From the NCBI GenBank assembly GCA_964627505.1, contig CAZVKB010000002.1, positions 3,434 to 67,433 of the forward strand: a stretch of 64,000 bases of DNA. The letters run 5' to 3'. The position numbers were made by a program, and so were the translations under genes. The notes beneath the pieces are model-generated. The model had not been told where the DNA came from. It did no database searches and worked only from the letters and a program-made list of their open reading frames with translations. This DNA is from an uncultured Actinomycetes bacterium. GTDB taxonomy: Bacteria > Actinomycetota > Actinomycetes > S36-B12 > UBA10799. Every line of letters starts with the position of its first letter. Position 1 is the first letter of the stretch. This document shows positions 61,043-64,000 of this stretch, piece after piece.

Positions 61043-63324
61043 GCTTCGACGTCGGTGGTGGGCCCGGCGATGCCGCAATTCTGGTGGGTTGGCGGGCCGA
61101 CCGGGTAGCGCTGGTCACTCCGGACGATCACGAAGTGTGGCTGTTCGGCGGGCCCGGGCCCGTCCGGCTGGCCGGTCGCGGCGCTGGCCCGTTAGCGCGG
61201 GCGATCACCGGCACCCAGGCCCTGGCCGCGGCAATCGCGGAAGCTGTCGCGGGTGGGATGTCCCCAACCGAGGCCGATCGGATTGCCCAGAAGTGGTGGA
61301 CAGCCGGTCACATTGGGCCCGCCGTTCCAGATGAGTTGGCGAGCGTCACTGCTGACCCTGCGGTAGCCGTGCTGGTGGTCAATATCGATGATCGAGCCGC
61401 GGACCGTTTCCTGGCCACTTGGGCGCATACCGGGATGTCGATTGCTGCAGGCGCCCCGGATCTCACCGTGCTGCTGGTGGCTGACGTACTGTCGGTCACC
61501 ACAGTCGCGCCAAGCCTCACGGGACCGACGATCGCCGTTGCTATTCACGGCGAACGCATGATGATCAGCCCGGTGCTGACCGCACCGGACGCACCCAAAG
61601 TAGGGGCATGCGTGCAATGCCTGATATCCCGGGTGGCTCAACGTCGGCAACCAGAACTCTTTGCGGCTGCCCGGGTCGGTCGTGACACCCCGCCCTTGGC
61701 CCCCGCACCCCGACCGGGAAGCGAAGCGGATCGTCGGGCCGCTGCCGCGATTCCGATCGCGACCGGGATTGCAGCGCATCTGGCACGTGCCTGGGCTAAC
61801 CCAGGCCACGCCCCGGAACCGCCACACGTCACCACTATCGCGGCGCACAGCGGTGCAATATCCAGACATGAGCTCGTCGCCGTTGCGGGCTGTCCACGAT
61901 GTGATCCACACGGTTCATCGGTGATGTCGCGGCATGGCTCGGGCATGTCCCCACTGACCGATCCGGATCCGCCAGTTGACGGAAAACCCGGTCCCGACTT
62001 CGACAGTTCCAGCACCGGGGCGTTTCGGGTGGTCGATCCAGCTGAAACGTGGGCACGGTATGCCCATCTGATCAGCGATGCGGTTGGGGTGGTGCCGTAT
62101 GTCGAAGCCTCAGGTATGCCGCAGTTACGGGCGTTCACAGCAGGCATGAACGTCGCGGCAACCGGCGACGTGGGACACCTGCATTCCCGTCTACGTGCGG
62201 TGGCCAGCGGTAAAGGGCTCACCCTCACCGGCGCGCGCACCGGGGCATTGGCCGAGGCGCTGGAGCGCGAGAGCCTCCGCGCCCGCGGCGATGAGCCGTA
62301 CCTGCGAACCTGCATGAGGAACTTAGACGGAGCGATCCACCCCAATCGCATCCAACTCTTCAGCGACGCACAGCTGCACCGACAAGCGCAACTGGCCGCG
62401 TTGGGCCTCGCCGACCCACTCACCAGCCATGGGTTTCATCGGGTGCCTTTGCCGTTCGACGAAACCGCAGAGCACGACTGGAGCGCTGTGACAAACCTGC
62501 GCACAGGTGCGCAAGCATGGGTTCCCAGCGCGCTGATGTGGTTGGGATGGCCAGATACCCCGGTGGGCTACCCACAGGGCTGTTCGAATGGCGCCGCTGC
62601 CGGCAACACCATCGCCGAGGCGTTGTTGGCGGGGCTGCTGGAACTGGTGGAACGTGATGCGGTGGCGCTGTGGTGGTATCCGCGTTGTCATCGGCCAGCA
62701 TTCGATGTGCTCTCCTGGGACGATCCGCGGATAGCGGCCGCTGCAGCACCGCAACATGCCCTGGGTACGCGTTTTTGGGTGCTGGACCTCACCACCGACA
62801 TCGGTATTCCTACCGCTGCCGCGATCGCCACCGGAGTCGGACCGAAACCGGAAGTCCCTCTGGTGGGTTTCGGCGCCCACCTGGACCCAGCGTTGGCGGT
62901 GGTGCGCGCGCTGACCGAACTCGCCCAGGTGCAAGCTCCAATCTCACAATTCTCGCCCGCGGAGTTTGCGCAGTTTCCTGGCGAAGCCGAGCGGCGCTGG
63001 TTTGCCTCGGTGACCCCCGAAGCCGAACCCTGGCTGGTACCAACCGGGGTGGTCGAGCCACCGGATGCACCGACGTATACCGATGTCCGAGACGCTTTGA
63101 CCGATGCAGTCGCTCGGGTGCACGATTGCGGGGTGGACGTGTGGTGGGCAGACTGCACCCGTCCGGATCTCGGACTACCAGTGGTGCGCACCTACGCACC
63201 TGGGCTGCGCCACTTCTGGGCCCGGTTCGCACCTGGTCGGCTCTACGATGTTCCACCCGCACTTGGGTGGTGCGCACCGGGATACGGCGAGGCCGACCTC
63301 AACCCGTTGCCGATGATCCTATGA
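61039..63324 (+). CDS. Fused RiPP cyclodehydratase: E1-like/leader-docking N-terminal domains plus a YcaO domain
   Basis: N-terminal part has GRGAGPLA, and CVQCLISRV...CPRCDP (CxxC...CxxC, as in E1-like Zn sites). YcaO part has ASGKGLTLTGARTGALAEALERES, CSNGAAAGNTIAEALLAGLLELVERDAVALWWY and a Pro-containing C-terminus ...NPLPMIL. GTGA overlap upstream. Confidence 0.85.
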   Translation: MSFDVGGGPGDAAILVGWRADRVALVTPDDHEVWLFGGPGPVRLAGRGAGPLARAITGTQALAAAIAEAVAGGMSPTEADRIAQKWWTAGHIGPAVPDELASVTADPAVAVLVVNIDDRAADRFLATWAHTGMSIAAGAPDLTVLLVADVLSVTTVAPSLTGPTIAVAIHGERMMISPVLTAPDAPKVGACVQCLISRVAQRRQPELFAAARVGRDTPPLAPAPRPGSEADRRAAAAIPIATGIAAHLARAWANPGHAPEPPHVTTIAAHSGAISRHELVAVAGCPRCDPHGSSVMSRHGSGMSPLTDPDPPVDGKPGPDFDSSSTGAFRVVDPAETWARYAHLISDAVGVVPYVEASGMPQLRAFTAGMNVAATGDVGHLHSRLRAVASGKGLTLTGARTGALAEALERESLRARGDEPYLRTCMRNLDGAIHPNRIQLFSDAQLHRQAQLAALGLADPLTSHGFHRVPLPFDETAEHDWSAVTNLRTGAQAWVPSALMWLGWPDTPVGYPQGCSNGAAAGNTIAEALLAGLLELVERDAVALWWYPRCHRPAFDVLSWDDPRIAAAAAPQHALGTRFWVLDLTTDIGIPTAAAIATGVGPKPEVPLVGFGAHLDPALAVVRALTELAQVQAPISQFSPAEFAQFPGEAERRWFASVTPEAEPWLVPTGVVEPPDAPTYTDVRDALTDAVARVHDCGVDVWWADCTRPDLGLPVVRTYAPGLRHFWARFAPGRLYDVPPALGWCAPGYGEADLNPLPMIL

Positions 63325-64000
63325 GTCCGCCAGCTGAGGTCCGGCCCACGCAACCCGACCCCGCGGCTGCTGGCGACCAGTCACTGACAACGGCGATGGC
63401 TGCCATCTTGGGCCGGATTCCCGAGACCTTGGTCGATACGTCTGCTCGGCGCAGCGTGCTACGAGTTGCGGCGGCACTGCCAGCATCGCTCACCCAGGGA
63501 CCGCTGGGTCTGGAATTGCGATTGGCCGGCCCGACCCGCGTGGATGTATTCGCCGCAGCGACCCCACGCACCACGTCGTTTCAAGGTCTGCTGGCATGTC
63601 TATCCCCGCGATCGTCAGGAGACCAACCACAGGGGTCCGCTTGGGCTGACCCCCAACGGGCTGACGACCTCGCTACGGTGCTGCGGCAGTGGCAGGCAGG
63701 CACGGGAGCCATCAACACGGTCGCCCGGTACCTGCTCGTGGAGGCCGACGCTCCGCCGGACCCGGAATCACAACTAGCTGTTCCCAGTATCTTTCTGGCC
63801 CCCCGGGCACCTCGTGACATTTTTCGTCCCGGTCAGCCGCCCAACGCCTTTCATCGGCACGTGGAGGCCACTGTGCTGGCCGCAGCGGAACTCAGCGGAG
63901 TGTGGCCTGACCCGGCCACGGCAGAACAGTTGGCTGCCGTAGTGCAAGTGCTCGCAGACAGCAGCACCGACGGGGGGCCTGGCGTCGGCGACATCTTTGC
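63321..64000 (+). CDS. Hypothetical protein (5' partial, continues beyond the window), translationally coupled to the cyclodehydratase
   Basis: Not in the ORF track (no stop in the window). The ATG at 63321 overlaps the YcaO-gene TGA (ATGA). My translation is open for all 226 codons: MSPPAEVRPTQPDPAAAGDQSLTTAMAAILGRIPETLVDTSARRSVLRVAAALPASLTQGPLGLELRLAGPTRVDVFAAATPRTTSF... No motif recognised. Confidence 0.65.
   Translation, partial: MSPPAEVRPTQPDPAAAGDQSLTTAMAAILGRIPETLVDTSARRSVLRVAAALPASLTQGPLGLELRLAGPTRVDVFAAATPRTTSFQGLLACLSPRSSGDQPQGSAWADPQRADDLATVLRQWQAGTGAINTVARYLLVEADAPPDPESQLAVPSIFLAPRAPRDIFRPGQPPNAFHRHVEATVLAAAELSGVWPDPATAEQLAAVVQVLADSSTDGGPGVGDIF

Noticed and set aside
55185-62934. 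Many minus-strand ORFs across the RiPP operon (for example 55185..55820, 56022..56702, 57522..58208, 58849..59505, 60278..60907, 61638..62423); also examined as possible hidden precursor peptides
   Set aside because: All are antisense to well-supported genes (ABC Walker motifs, C39, YcaO). None has a leader/GG-motif/Cys-Ser-Thr-rich-core layout. They are treated as shadow ORFs.

Overview
High-GC actinobacterial chromosomal segment, gene-dense, with frequent 4-nt ATGA/GTGA start/stop overlaps. I found no rRNA, tRNA, CRISPR array, transposase or integrase. About 55 kb is conserved core. On the minus strand: pnp(partial)-rpsO-ribF-truB-nrnA-rbfA-infB-ylxR-nusA-rimP, proS, ppc, ispG, rpsA, and a glycine-cleavage block (gcvP, MerR, DUF151 nuclease, MerR, FHA protein, gcvH) syntenic with M. 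tuberculosis Rv1832-Rv1826. Next comes a nucleotidyltransferase/PMM-like fusion with a CDP-alcohol phosphatidyltransferase, as in Streptomyces SCO1388/SCO1389. Accessory-looking parts: (i) a cell-envelope glycan cluster at 18.3-27.2 kb (methyltransferase, acyltransferase-3/SGNH, AftD-like DUF3367 with discoidin domain, Zn-ribbon methyltransferase, GT4); (ii) a lipid/isoprenoid-flavoured group at 47.5-51.6 kb (idi, an atypical GalT/HIT-like protein, an alpha/beta hydrolase coupled to a sphingomyelin-synthase/Aur1-like PAP2 protein); (iii) the most interesting locus, a translationally coupled five-gene operon from 55.2 kb to the window end. It encodes a short HlyD-type protein, a C39-peptidase ABC exporter, a second ABC exporter with a ~400-aa N-terminal extension, a fused E1-like/YcaO cyclodehydratase and an unrecognisable partial ORF. 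This is a RiPP (azoline/TOMM-type, NHLP-style export) cluster; its precursor peptide and any dehydrogenase are not in the window. All homology calls come from reading the translations and motifs by eye. No database search was run.
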